Origin: an uncultured Verrucomicrobiae bacterium
GTDB lineage: Bacteria; Verrucomicrobiota; Verrucomicrobiia; Chthoniobacterales; JAFAMB01
DNA: 64,000 bases
Assembly (NCBI GenBank): GCA_963837955.1
Contig: CAWIPH010000002.1
Span: 800,001 to 864,000 of the forward strand
Direction: 5' to 3'
In this document: piece by piece, positions 10,695-19,745 of the stretch
How positions within the stretch are numbered: the stretch's first letter is position 1
How the letters are laid out: every line of letters begins with the position of its first letter
Program-made: the position numbers and the translations under genes
Notes under the pieces: generated by a model
Database searches by the model: none
Told to the model about the DNA's origin: nothing
Seen by the model: only the letters and a program-made list of their open reading frames with translations

Positions 10695-10865
10695 GATTGT
10701 CAGAAGTGATTGGTGAACGGTGATTAGTGATTAGGTTAGCAATTGGTAAGCAGTAAGAGGACTGCGGTAGATTTCTGTCGAAAGTTTGCCGATAGGCATC
10801 CACCATTCACTAATCACCTCTCACCAATCACCGACACCTCCCTGAGGCCGGAGCATCAGGCTACT
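10695..10865. repeat. Intergenic heptamer-rich inverted-repeat element, copy A
   Basis: GTGATTG/GTGATTA units on the left and TCACCAA/TCACTAA units on the right. Shares TTTGCCGATAGGCATCCRCCATTCAC and AGCATCAGGCTACT with 60315-60495. Confidence 0.75.
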
Positions 10866-12654
10866 ACCGGTGACAGTGCGTTACAATCAATGCGATAACG
10901 AAAACGACGATTGGAAGGGCCGCTGAAATCACCACCAAACGCATTCCTCGCCATCGGGTCTTCCAGGCTTTTGGCGACTGTAAACGCTCATGTCTTTCGG
11001 TAACTTTCACTGACTCCGGATCGTCTAAGTCCGCTTTCATTGCGGCCGCGCTGGCGTAGCGGCGAAATGGTTCGCGCTCCATGGCGTGGAGGATGATTTC
11101 CTCTAGCTCGGGGCTGATCTCCGGATTGACCTTCCGTGGAGCGATTGGGTCGCCGGTTATACGGGAATTCATGACAATGAACGGATTCGGGCCTTCGAAC
11201 GGCACACGGCCTGTGGTCATTTCGTATAGAATCGCACCCAGACTGTAGATATCGGTTCTTTCGTCGCCTCGTCTTCCTTTTACCTGCTCCGGTGCCATGT
11301 AGTCAGGCGTTCCCATGGCCGGACTAAACCCGGCAAAAGTGATGCGACGCATTTCCATTGCTTTAGCTATTCCGAAATCCATGATCCGAATCGAGCCGTC
11401 ATTGGTGATCATGATGTTCTGCGGCTTGAGATCACGGTGCACGATTTTGTGTTCGTGCATGTGGGCGAGCGCGTCGCAGATGGAGCTCGCGATCTGAACG
11501 GCGTCCGGAATTGGGATCGGCCGGACTTCGTTCATGATTTCGCTTAAGGTACGCCCCTCCAAATATTCCATCGCTATGTATGGGCGGCTTTGGTCGGTGA
11601 CGTTAATGAAACGCAGAATGTTCGGGTGATTTAGAATCTTTCCGATCTCTGCTTCGCGCTGAAATCTGGCGAAGGAACCGGTATCCGATTCAAATTGCAT
11701 GTGAGGCACTTTTACCGCCATAGTTTCTTCGGTTAGAAGATCCTTGGCTTTATAAATTGAAGCCATGCCGCTCCGGCTAATCACGCTCTCGATCTGAAAG
11801 CGCTTATCTAACACCTCACCTACTTGAACTTCATTGTGCATGTGATTCCCCGGTCCCTGAAGGGAGGTCTTTAGAAATGAAATTGGGGAGTCATACCGCG
11901 TTTCGCTTAACCGGTCAATCTGTACAACCTGAGCGGTCAGGTTATCATCTGTCCCACGACGCTCGGAGAGGGAGACGAGATAGGGGCAAATTTCATCCAT
12001 GTTGAGCCGATCAACCCCTTCGCTAAGCTCCCCATCATTCATGAAACAGTAGAGGCCATCCGTGCATTGGAGAATTCGGTCATGAGAAGCAAGCTTCAAT
12101 CGTTTGTAATCCATGCGCACGATGGGTTCTGAACCTATGCTTCGCGTGAGCATCGACCGTAAATGGCTTGCTCGCGCTTCATGTTCCGTGATTAGCCGAA
12201 GCTTTAATTGCAAGCCAGTATAGGAGTGATCGTCTGTCAGACGGCGAATCTCTTCGTTTCTAACCAAGTAGACTCGCGAATCTCCCACGTGACCAATCGC
12301 CAGCTCTTTGTCACGAAAGATGCATACGGTGAGAGTCGTCGACATGCGTCCGCCACTCGGGTCTTTCATGCCAGCTTCGTAAATGGCAAGATTGGTGCGA
12401 TCAAAAATTTCTTTGAGCAATTGCTTGGTGGGGATCCGAGGGTCAGTATCCTGGAAGATGCTTAGGGCAGTATCTACCGCCATTTTGCTGGCGACTTCAC
12501 CGTGTGCTTGTCCTCCCACGCCGTCTGCTATAATCGCGATCGCTCCTTGCCGGCGCCGCACTTCCTCATCGTCGGACTCCCAGTAGGCGAACGCATCTTC
12601 GTTCTTCTTACGTTTCGGTCCCGAGGAGGACTGGGCAAAATGGCTAAGTCGCAT
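10864..12654 (-). CDS. Bifunctional PP2C phosphatase / Hanks-type Ser/Thr kinase with C-terminal TM helix
   Basis: PP2C motifs NEDA, ADGVGG, HVGDSR, CTDGL, DDNLT. Kinase motifs MAVK, HRDLKPQN, DFG, GTPDYMAPE. Hydrophobic C-terminus. Confidence 0.93.
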   Translation of the reverse strand: MRLSHFAQSSSGPKRKKNEDAFAYWESDDEEVRRRQGAIAIIADGVGGQAHGEVASKMAVDTALSIFQDTDPRIPTKQLLKEIFDRTNLAIYEAGMKDPSGGRMSTTLTVCIFRDKELAIGHVGDSRVYLVRNEEIRRLTDDHSYTGLQLKLRLITEHEARASHLRSMLTRSIGSEPIVRMDYKRLKLASHDRILQCTDGLYCFMNDGELSEGVDRLNMDEICPYLVSLSERRGTDDNLTAQVVQIDRLSETRYDSPISFLKTSLQGPGNHMHNEVQVGEVLDKRFQIESVISRSGMASIYKAKDLLTEETMAVKVPHMQFESDTGSFARFQREAEIGKILNHPNILRFINVTDQSRPYIAMEYLEGRTLSEIMNEVRPIPIPDAVQIASSICDALAHMHEHKIVHRDLKPQNIMITNDGSIRIMDFGIAKAMEMRRITFAGFSPAMGTPDYMAPEQVKGRRGDERTDIYSLGAILYEMTTGRVPFEGPNPFIVMNSRITGDPIAPRKVNPEISPELEEIILHAMEREPFRRYASAAAMKADLDDPESVKVTERHERLQSPKAWKTRWRGMRLVVISAALPIVVFVIALIVTHCHR

Positions 12655-12769
12655 GGCGAGAGAGAATACTATGCCAAAGGAAAGAGAGGCGAGAAGTGCG
12701 CGGGTTCACTCTATTCGATCCGTACAAAACGGGCTGGATGAATCGCCAGCTGTTCCCGGCTTTTCCGGC

Positions 12770-12809
12770 AAAAAAACTGCTGCCATCGGTGATCCATCCG
12801 ATGGCAGCA
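12770..12809 (-). terminator. Intrinsic terminator-like hairpin
   Basis: 12-bp perfect stem TGCTGCCATCGG/CCGATGGCAGCA followed on the minus strand by a 7-T run. Confidence 0.8.
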
Positions 12810-12848
12810 CAGTACGCATCTTGCCTAATGACGGAGAAGAAAATTTGA

Positions 12849-12974
12849 CTACGCTGGGGCTTCTGCAAAAACCGGTTTGATTTTTTTCTTACTGGAAAAG
12901 AAGAAAGACATTGCGCTGTAAGTTCTCGAAGCGACTGCGAGCGCTAGTGCTAGACACCGTTCTTTCCAGCTCAT
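12849..12974 (-). CDS. Possible small protein (41 aa)
   Basis: ATG-started MSWKERCLALALAVASRTYSAMSFFFSSKKKIKPVFAEAPA ends about 40 nt before the strong terminator. Confidence 0.3.
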   Translation of the reverse strand: MSWKERCLALALAVASRTYSAMSFFFSSKKKIKPVFAEAPA

Positions 12975-13225
12975 GGACACTGGAGTATTTGAGCGTTCTC
13001 TAGCATAGGGTGGGGAGGAGAATCCTTTGGACCCGATGCAGCACCGATCGTGCCATTCCGCGTAAAGGTACAATTCGACGAGGAGAACCGATCGCCTGAT
13101 CGATAGTCAGAAAGGATTATTCTGGCTAAATCCGATCAGAAACTCGCCTTCCGATCAAAAATCAGCACGAGAATCCGTCCAACGACGTGGTTGGTGAAGT
13201 CCGCGAGCCGTATAAAGTCAGGCAA

Positions 13226-13972
13226 ATGGAATCTGACCTTGTTTGCGTGCAAGAGCATTATGAAAAACTGCTCGCCGACCGCTATAGCTGGATGTTCGGC
13301 TCGTTCGAAACAAGAACGGCCCAACAATACACGCTTTTCAGCTCTCATGGTATCGAGCCGCGCCTCGGAGGTCTAGCGCTGGATCTAGGCAGCGGCCCCG
13401 GCTTTCAATCGATTGCACTGGCCCAGGTCGGATTTCGGGTTACGGCAGTCGACGTGAGTGAACGGCTACTCAACGAGTTGGAAGAGCGGCGCGGCAATTT
13501 TCCGATTGATACTGTCCGATCTGACCTGCGAGACCTTTCCCGGTTTTCAGATGCTTCGTTCGAGTTGGTCGTCTGTTTGGGCGACACCCTGACTCACCTT
13601 CCGCAAAAAGAAGATATTCCCTCACTATTAAGGGATGTGGACCGGATCCTGGAGCCGGGCGGCAGGCTGGCGATAGACTTCCGTGATCTAACGCAAGAGC
13701 TCCGCGGTCTGGATAGGTTTATCCCGGTGAGAAGCGATCCGGACCGAATCATGACGTGCGTTCTGGAGTACGAACCGGAAACGGTGTTGGTCCATGATCT
13801 TGTTTACGAGAGAAACGGTCCCAATTGGGACTTTCGTAAGAGCTGTTACAGCAAGATCCGGCTCGCTCCAAATTGGGTGTGCGCCCAACTGGAAGAAATT
13901 GGGTTAAAGATCGATTTTCACGAAGTGAAGTCCGGATTCCACGTGATCGGGTCGACCAAATCGATACGATAA
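13226..13972 (+). CDS. Class I SAM-dependent methyltransferase
   Basis: LDLGSGPG, VTAVD, CLGDTLTHL, LEPGG. Confidence 0.9.
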   Translation: MESDLVCVQEHYEKLLADRYSWMFGSFETRTAQQYTLFSSHGIEPRLGGLALDLGSGPGFQSIALAQVGFRVTAVDVSERLLNELEERRGNFPIDTVRSDLRDLSRFSDASFELVVCLGDTLTHLPQKEDIPSLLRDVDRILEPGGRLAIDFRDLTQELRGLDRFIPVRSDPDRIMTCVLEYEPETVLVHDLVYERNGPNWDFRKSCYSKIRLAPNWVCAQLEEIGLKIDFHEVKSGFHVIGSTKSIR

Positions 13973-14033
13973 CGGAAGAGGGTGGCCAGATCGCAGCGAT
14001 TTAGCATACGCCTTAGAAGTTGTGAAGAACACG

Positions 14034-14264
14034 CGTCCCGGAGGGACTCAATGAAAGTAGCCCAGTACGAAGTGCTGGGAAATAATGCAAAAAGGGGCGT
14101 CCGTCCCGCCAGAGGGACGATCGAAGTGTTTTGGCTCCTGGTCCTCTGGTATGCGCCTTCACGAGCACAAGCAACCATCGATCGTCCCGTCCGGGACGTA
14201 TCGCTTTAAAAGAACGTGACCCAGCACTTCGTACTGGGCTACTTTCATTCGGTCCCTCCGGGCG
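14034..14264. repeat. REPIN-like element: two inverted GTAG-type REPs with internal GTCCC/GGGAC hairpins
   Basis: Perfect 30-bp IR at 14050-14079 and 14220-14249. Each arm is GTAG plus hairpin CCCAGTAC-GAA-GTGCTGGG. Confidence 0.85.
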
Positions 14265-14541
14265 ATCGAAACGTTCGCGATTTCGAACTTCGGATAATAC
14301 CGCAAAACTTCCTTTTTAGCGGACACAGCCAACCGATTTTCGCCCTCGTCACTTCTGGATTCTGAATTCGGGCTCTTATTCTCTTTCAGGCGTCCCACGT
14401 TCGACGGGAATTTCCCATTATCGGAACCGCCAAAGCGCTGTGTCAGAGCGTTTTAACTAGGCGCGCGATTTGATTTCTAAAATTAATTTCTCCTCGGGGA
14501 ACAGCTTCGTTTACTCCTGGAGAATAGGGATTCGGCCGGGT

Positions 14542-14558
14542 TTGGCATTGGCTATGCG
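14542..14558 (+). promoter_or_regulatory. Putative sigma-54 (-24/-12) promoter
   Basis: TTGGCATTGGCTATGCG: GG at 14544-45 and GC at 14556-57 with exact N10 spacing. AT-rich tract upstream at 14468-14490. Confidence 0.55.
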
Positions 14559-14620
14559 TAGTAGAGAAACCGAGCGGTGAACCCGCTCCCACCAACCAAC
14601 CAAAAACGAACCGAACCAAC

Positions 14621-14827
14621 ATGAAAAAACTACTGTTAACTATCGCCCTACTGGGCGTTTCCTTGACGAGCTTGGCACCCATTGCCAGCGCCCATAATCC
14701 CGGATGCTATCATCCTTGCTTTCATTCCGAGTGCTGGTACCCAAATTACAGCTACCAGGATTGCGACGATGATTATTATTTCTGCCATCCGCATCGTCAT
14801 CGCTGCCACATAGAGTTCGTGCCGTAA
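14621..14827 (+). CDS. Small secreted Cys/His/Tyr-rich peptide
   Basis: Classic signal peptide MKKLLLTIALLGVSLTSLAPIASA. The 44-aa mature part has 6 Cys and 7 His. A/C-rich unstructured leader precedes the ATG. Confidence 0.75.
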   Translation: MKKLLLTIALLGVSLTSLAPIASAHNPGCYHPCFHSECWYPNYSYQDCDDDYYFCHPHRHRCHIEFVP

Positions 14828-14833
14828 TCAATC

Positions 14834-14863
14834 TTGGTCGAAAGATTCACCTTTTTCGACCAA
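14834..14863 (+). terminator. Hairpin immediately after the small peptide gene
   Basis: TTGGTCGAAA...TTTCGACCAA stem. No clear U-tract follows it. Confidence 0.5.
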
Positions 14864-15443
14864 ACCCGGCCCTAAAAACACAAATCGTGAGTCGGTCGCA
14901 GCGTACTACGGCATATCGATGAGCACCCCGCAAAAATCTATATCGTCTATTCCTGATCAAGTCGACAGGGTCGCTCCTTTCCGGAGTCTCCCTTCACCTG
15001 GAGCGGCGGAAACACAAAGAGAAAAAGAAGACGTTTCCGCCGAAGTTTTTCAGAGACCCGAAACAGAAGACAGCAAAGATTCGGTCTCTGGCGACAGCAT
15101 TGTCATCCGTTAGATCTCGTTTGGCAGAGAGACCATCGTAACCTGTTCGAAGAGGCTCGGAGCCTTCAGTCAGTCAAATCTTCCTCCTGAATAGAGCCTC
15201 GATCTTTGCTTCCCTTGTTCGCTTCTGTTCAGAAGCTATTTTATTCGATCCACGGTTTCTACCTGAAAAGAGACTCCGAATCGTGGATCAGTCCTGAGTT
15301 GAAATCGGCGGCAAGGCGCTTTTCTTGGCCTGACGTCACGTTCCGGATGCCAGGTTCGGTCGCCGAGATCTTGTGGCAGAGTCTATTTCAAGATCTGCGG
15401 ACCCTTGCCCAAAGCGATGAAGCTGGGAAGGGTTTAGCGGCCC

Positions 15444-15575
15444 GTGCTTGAATTCGAAGCGAACGAATTGCGACAGAACGAGTCTTGCCGACGCCAAGGT
15501 TTAGCGCTAAGCACCTTGCAACGCCGACTTGGGAAACGGCGCTTAGGCCAAGGTGAAGCAGAAAGTTACCGTTAA
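15444..15575 (+). pseudogene. Probable remnant of an IS66-family accessory gene (TnpA/orf1-like HTH)
   Basis: Manual translation VLEFEANELRQNESCRRQGLALSTLQRRLGKRR resembles the EFEASGLSxxEFCRRxGLxLSTL pattern of IS66 TnpA. No tnpB or tnpC follows. Confidence 0.5.
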
Positions 15576-15616
15576 TGTTTTCTATTGCGCGGCACGGTTG
15601 AGACCGTGCCAGATAG

Positions 15617-16009
15617 ATGCCGAGCCTTCATTTAAGTATGCTCCATAACTTCATGCGATGGGTCAGCGCTGGATTTGCGCTCGTAGCTGTTCTCGGCAGC
15701 ATTTTTTTGCTGCTTCTTGATACTTTTCCTCATCTTGTTTCTGTAAAACATGCAGCGAGTTCGGCGGCTCCTCTTTTGCTCATTGGGGCAGCGTATATCT
15801 CGCTGCAGCCGATGGTCCGACCCCGGCCTATTGAACTCCTTAAGCGACTGTTGCTTGGATTCGCGTTCATTTTGTGGGGAATCGTTCAGCTTTTGCCGTC
15901 GGGAAGGACAACGGCCGTTCTGGGCGACATCGTGATCGTACTTTTTGTCGTTGATCTATCTCTCATCATAAAGACCCACCTTCAACGCGAGGATTGGAAC
16001 AGCCCTTAA
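15617..16009 (+). CDS. Hypothetical membrane protein (about 4 TM)
   Basis: Four hydrophobic segments in 130 aa. Confidence 0.75.
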   Translation: MPSLHLSMLHNFMRWVSAGFALVAVLGSIFLLLLDTFPHLVSVKHAASSAAPLLLIGAAYISLQPMVRPRPIELLKRLLLGFAFILWGIVQLLPSGRTTAVLGDIVIVLFVVDLSLIIKTHLQREDWNSP

Positions 16010-16279
16010 AGACCCCGGACTGGGTCTGGTCGCTGCGATTTAAATTGTGGTTCATGGCAGTCTTCGGTGCGCTGCGTCGGCGAGCTTCTGTAATCCATGT
16101 GCAGGTGAGGTCATAGCGACCCGGCAAAGAAAGATACCCCAGACCAGTAGTTGCATGCCCAATCGCAGATTGAAATCCACGTTTAGAGAACACTAGTCAA
16201 ATCTGCTGACTAACGGATTAGTAATGTACTCTAGACTGCGAACTGAAGTCGCCTAAACTTCCGGCACTTCCCATCTTCG

Positions 16280-17716
16280 ATGTCTTTCGACTTAAAAAGC
16301 CTGGTCGCCGCCCGGATGGGCGAAAATTACGAACTTCATACCCGTCATCTGAATCCTACGCTGGTTGAAGTTCAGCGGATTACCGGATTTGACCGGGTCT
16401 ATACGCGAGCGGAAGGAGCTTATCTCTATGACGCTGAGGGGAATGCTTATTTGGATTTTTTGAGCGGCTACAGCGTCTACAACATGGGGCGCAACCATCC
16501 CGTGGTAAAGCAGGCCATCCGCGATGTTCTGGATCTGGATTTACCTAACCTTGTCCAAATGGATTGTTCGCTCCTGAGCGGACTACTGGCGGAAGCCTTG
16601 CTAAAGAAGACCCCGTCGCATTTGGAGGCGATTTTTTTCTGCAACTCCGGGACTGAAGCGATCGAAGGCGCCTTGAAATTTGCGCGTGCTGCGACTGGTC
16701 GCTCGGGAATCGTCAGCCTGCATTCCGGCTATCATGGTCTCAGTTACGGATCGTTGTCTGTTACCGGTATCCCGAATTTCCAGGAAGGATTTGGGCCTTT
16801 ATTGACCGACACGGCGCGGGTGAGGTTAGGCGATCTGGATAGCCTGGAGCGTTTGCTCCGGAAACGGAACGTGGCGGCCTTTTTGGTTGAACCGGTACAA
16901 GGCAAGGGAGTGAAGTTCCCGAAGAACGATTTTTTTACCCAGGCGCAAATTCTTTGCCGCAAATACGGAACGCTCTTTATTTGCGACGAAATTCAAACCG
17001 GGTTGGGGCGGACCGGAAAATGGTGGGCCTTTGAGCATTGGAATTTGGAGCCCGATATTGTAACTGTCGCAAAGAGTCTTAGTGGGGGGTTTGTGCCGTG
17101 CGGTGCGATCATCACGCGAAGAGCAATCTACCAAAAGGTGTTCAGCCGATTGGATCGCTGTGTTGTACATTCAAGCACTTTCGGCCGGAACAACCTCGCG
17201 ATGGCGTGTGGATTGGCGAGTCTGGCCATACTGGAAGATGAGAGATTGATCGAAAATTCGGCGCTGATCGGAGATCTTTTGCTGGAGCGGCTGGACGCCT
17301 TGCGCCCCAAACACACTTTTCTTAAAGAGATTCGAGGCAAAGGATTAATGATTGCGATCGAGTTTCATGAGCCGCCAGAGCTAGGATTAAAAATGGCGTG
17401 GCGCCTCCTGCACAAGATAGATAAGGCGCTGTTTCCTCAGCTGGTGATCGTTCCGCTGCTTAGCAAACACCGAGTGCTAACGCAGGTTGCCGGTCACAAT
17501 ATGGATGTAATCAAGATACTTCCGCCTCTCATGATCGGCGAACAGGAGGTTGATTACTTTGTTAACGCATTCGATGAAACACTGACAGGTTGTCGCAGAT
17601 TTCCGGGGCCGATGTTGGAACTCGCGATGAATACGGCAAAAAAGAACAAGAACGGAAGACGACCGTTCGGACCCAAACCATCGCGACTGCCTGGGCCCGC
17701 CGTCAGCGCCACCTGA
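16280..17716 (+). CDS. Class III PLP aminotransferase, HpnO-like
   Basis: NSGTEA, DEIQTGLGRTG, VAKSLSGG (PLP Lys). The N-terminus (HLNP...GFDRVY), LPNLVQMD, VHSSTF and LTQVAGH fit the HpnO-type subgroup as I recall it. Confidence 0.85.
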   Translation: MSFDLKSLVAARMGENYELHTRHLNPTLVEVQRITGFDRVYTRAEGAYLYDAEGNAYLDFLSGYSVYNMGRNHPVVKQAIRDVLDLDLPNLVQMDCSLLSGLLAEALLKKTPSHLEAIFFCNSGTEAIEGALKFARAATGRSGIVSLHSGYHGLSYGSLSVTGIPNFQEGFGPLLTDTARVRLGDLDSLERLLRKRNVAAFLVEPVQGKGVKFPKNDFFTQAQILCRKYGTLFICDEIQTGLGRTGKWWAFEHWNLEPDIVTVAKSLSGGFVPCGAIITRRAIYQKVFSRLDRCVVHSSTFGRNNLAMACGLASLAILEDERLIENSALIGDLLLERLDALRPKHTFLKEIRGKGLMIAIEFHEPPELGLKMAWRLLHKIDKALFPQLVIVPLLSKHRVLTQVAGHNMDVIKILPPLMIGEQEVDYFVNAFDETLTGCRRFPGPMLELAMNTAKKNKNGRRPFGPKPSRLPGPAVSAT

Positions 17717-17800
17717 TAAGAAATGGCTCACGCTGGGTCCTGAGCGTGGACGATCAGGCTACACTGTTACGGCTTCGAGCGTAAACCCAAGGTCGCCCTC

Positions 17801-18328
17801 TCAGTCTACCCGGACTTGACCAGCAACCTCCTCGATCGCTTGGAGAATTTGCCGCGGCGAGTAGGAACCAGCCGCTTTCACCCGAAGAAGGGGGAACTCC
17901 ACGACGCGAAATAGTTCGTTCAAGAGTTGGTCGCGTTGCCGACGGTCGGAGCGCTCGTGGGAAGAATCATCCAATTCGATAGCAACAATCGGTTCTAAGG
18001 TGCCAGGCTCGGCCAGCAGAAAATCGACATGTTTGGCCGCGATCTTGCGAAAGAGTCGATGGCGCTCTTTGGAGTCGCTACTTGTCACCTGGAGAAGATC
18101 CGCTAAGCGCACCTTGCAGAGTATCTGAAGTCGTCCAACTACTGCAATCTCGAGGCTTCGGTAAAACAGCTGTTCCGCCGGAGTTAGCAGGCTCTCTACT
18201 ACTGAAACGTATACTTTTGGTTCAACAGAGCGCCAAAAAGTCCAGAGGCCCAGCCCAATCAAACAGCAAACGAAGCATCCACCGACCCACAGAATCGGCG
18301 GTGAGAGGAACGCACTGTCCGAAATCAT
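17801..18328 (-). CDS. DUF2726-like protein with N-terminal TM anchor
   Basis: LLTPAE, KVRLADL, KHVDF, IELDDSSH, RD...PLLR. Confidence 0.85.
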   Translation of the reverse strand: MISDSAFLSPPILWVGGCFVCCLIGLGLWTFWRSVEPKVYVSVVESLLTPAEQLFYRSLEIAVVGRLQILCKVRLADLLQVTSSDSKERHRLFRKIAAKHVDFLLAEPGTLEPIVAIELDDSSHERSDRRQRDQLLNELFRVVEFPLLRVKAAGSYSPRQILQAIEEVAGQVRVD

Positions 18329-18481
18329 CTTATGGCTTGGTAGTTTACCAAAGAAGCCGCTCGGCGTCGCGCATTATCCGAGAAGCGCGAGCTACATCAC
18401 ACTCGTTTCACGAATGCGCGAACGAGAACGAAAAACCCGCGGCTAAGGAATAGGTGCCGCTAGATTGGACTCTCAGACAAT

Positions 18482-19225
18482 GTGAAAGTTTTTCGATCGC
18501 TGGTTTTTCTCTCGCTTGTTTCGACCGCGAGCGGCTTGGCGGCAGTCCGGCTGGAAAGCGGAGACACGCAGGTGCCGTTACTAGAGCTCTACACTTCGGA
18601 AGGCTGTAGCAGTTGTCCTCCAGCCGAGACTTGGTTTGGACAACACTACGGCCGATCAACCGAGTGGCGTTCAGCAGTTCCAGTAGCGTTCCACGTAGAT
18701 TATTGGGATCAGCTCGGATGGAAAGATCGGTTTGCGAAACCGGAATTCACCGCTCGCCAAAAGCTCTACTCCGCGAATTGGAGCCATAGCTCCGTCTATA
18801 CGCCTTGTTTCGTTTTGAACGGGGAAGAATGGTCCGGATGGTTTCATGGCGCGATGCCCAGCGATTCACGGGTGAACGTCGGGAATTTGGAAGCGACGAT
18901 CACAAGCAATACGGTCGTTGTCCGCTTTACGCCGGCGACAAAACCAAAAGAATATCTGGTCTTCGTCGCGCCACTTGCGATGCAAGTGCGCTCGGATGTT
19001 CAGGCGGGCGAAAATCGAGGACGCCGCTTGGATCATGATTTTGTCGCCCTATCGCTTGGGTCCGCGAAGCTGGAACCGCGAGACTCAGCGTATGGAACTA
19101 CTCTGCAAGTTTCAATGAGCGGAGCCCGGGCGATAGCCCTTTGGATAACGTTAGACCATTCAATTGTACCGATTCAAGCCACTGGCGGTTTTCTCGAGCA
19201 GCCGATAGCCGCTAATGAACAGTGA
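18482..19225 (+). CDS. DUF1223-like exported thioredoxin-fold protein
   Basis: Signal peptide; ELYTSEGCSSCPPA, FHVDYWD, VYTP, GENRG. Confidence 0.88.
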   Translation: MKVFRSLVFLSLVSTASGLAAVRLESGDTQVPLLELYTSEGCSSCPPAETWFGQHYGRSTEWRSAVPVAFHVDYWDQLGWKDRFAKPEFTARQKLYSANWSHSSVYTPCFVLNGEEWSGWFHGAMPSDSRVNVGNLEATITSNTVVVRFTPATKPKEYLVFVAPLAMQVRSDVQAGENRGRRLDHDFVALSLGSAKLEPRDSAYGTTLQVSMSGARAIALWITLDHSIVPIQATGGFLEQPIAANEQ

Positions 19226-19262
19226 AACTGTCAACGGCCAACGGTGAAACGCCTTAAACGTT

Positions 19263-19745
19263 CTACCAGCCGACGACGGTTCCGGCGTACACGGCGCGAA
19301 TCGAGCGGAAAAGCGCAATACTATTTCGGGGAGGAGTATCGGTTATCAGCACTCCCTCCTCGCCTGCCATTTTGCGGGTACGGGAATCGAAGATCAGGAG
19401 GTACTCTACTGGAACCGAATTGGCGTCGTGGAGGTCTTTGGTGTAGTCCATCGATCTAATCGTTCCGTGGAAAAGCCGAGTGACGATCAACGGGATATCC
19501 CCGGCGGTCAATTCGCGGACTTGGATTGCGACATACGGTGTTTGGTCAAGAAGCGCACGACGGCGCGAATCCAGACGGCGGAGAAACTTGTCTAATCGTT
19601 TTTCACCCAGGGCTACTTCGGCTTTGAATGGCTCCGCGGTCATTACGGCATAGTCGCGCTCGGAGAGCGACGGAGATGGGAGTGGCTTGCCAGCGAAACC
19701 ATTGGTGGCTATCAGGAGGAGAGAGCAAAGAAGGATAGTTTTCAT
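19263..19745 (-). CDS. Exported hypothetical protein, paralog of the adjacent lipoprotein
   Basis: Signal peptide MKTILLCSLLLIATNGFA. Aligns along its length with 19742-20218. Confidence 0.8.
   Translation of the reverse strand: MKTILLCSLLLIATNGFAGKPLPSPSLSERDYAVMTAEPFKAEVALGEKRLDKFLRRLDSRRRALLDQTPYVAIQVRELTAGDIPLIVTRLFHGTIRSMDYTKDLHDANSVPVEYLLIFDSRTRKMAGEEGVLITDTPPRNSIALFRSIRAVYAGTVVGW

Noticed and set aside
14919..15451. ORFs of 64 aa and 81 aa
   Set aside because: No motifs or supporting signals; they lie in an apparently decayed region.
16011..16150. Possible long imperfect hairpin (6S- or SRP-like RNA)
   Set aside because: Only short 5-7 bp helices, no SRP core motif recognised, and it cannot be supported without folding or an Rfam search.
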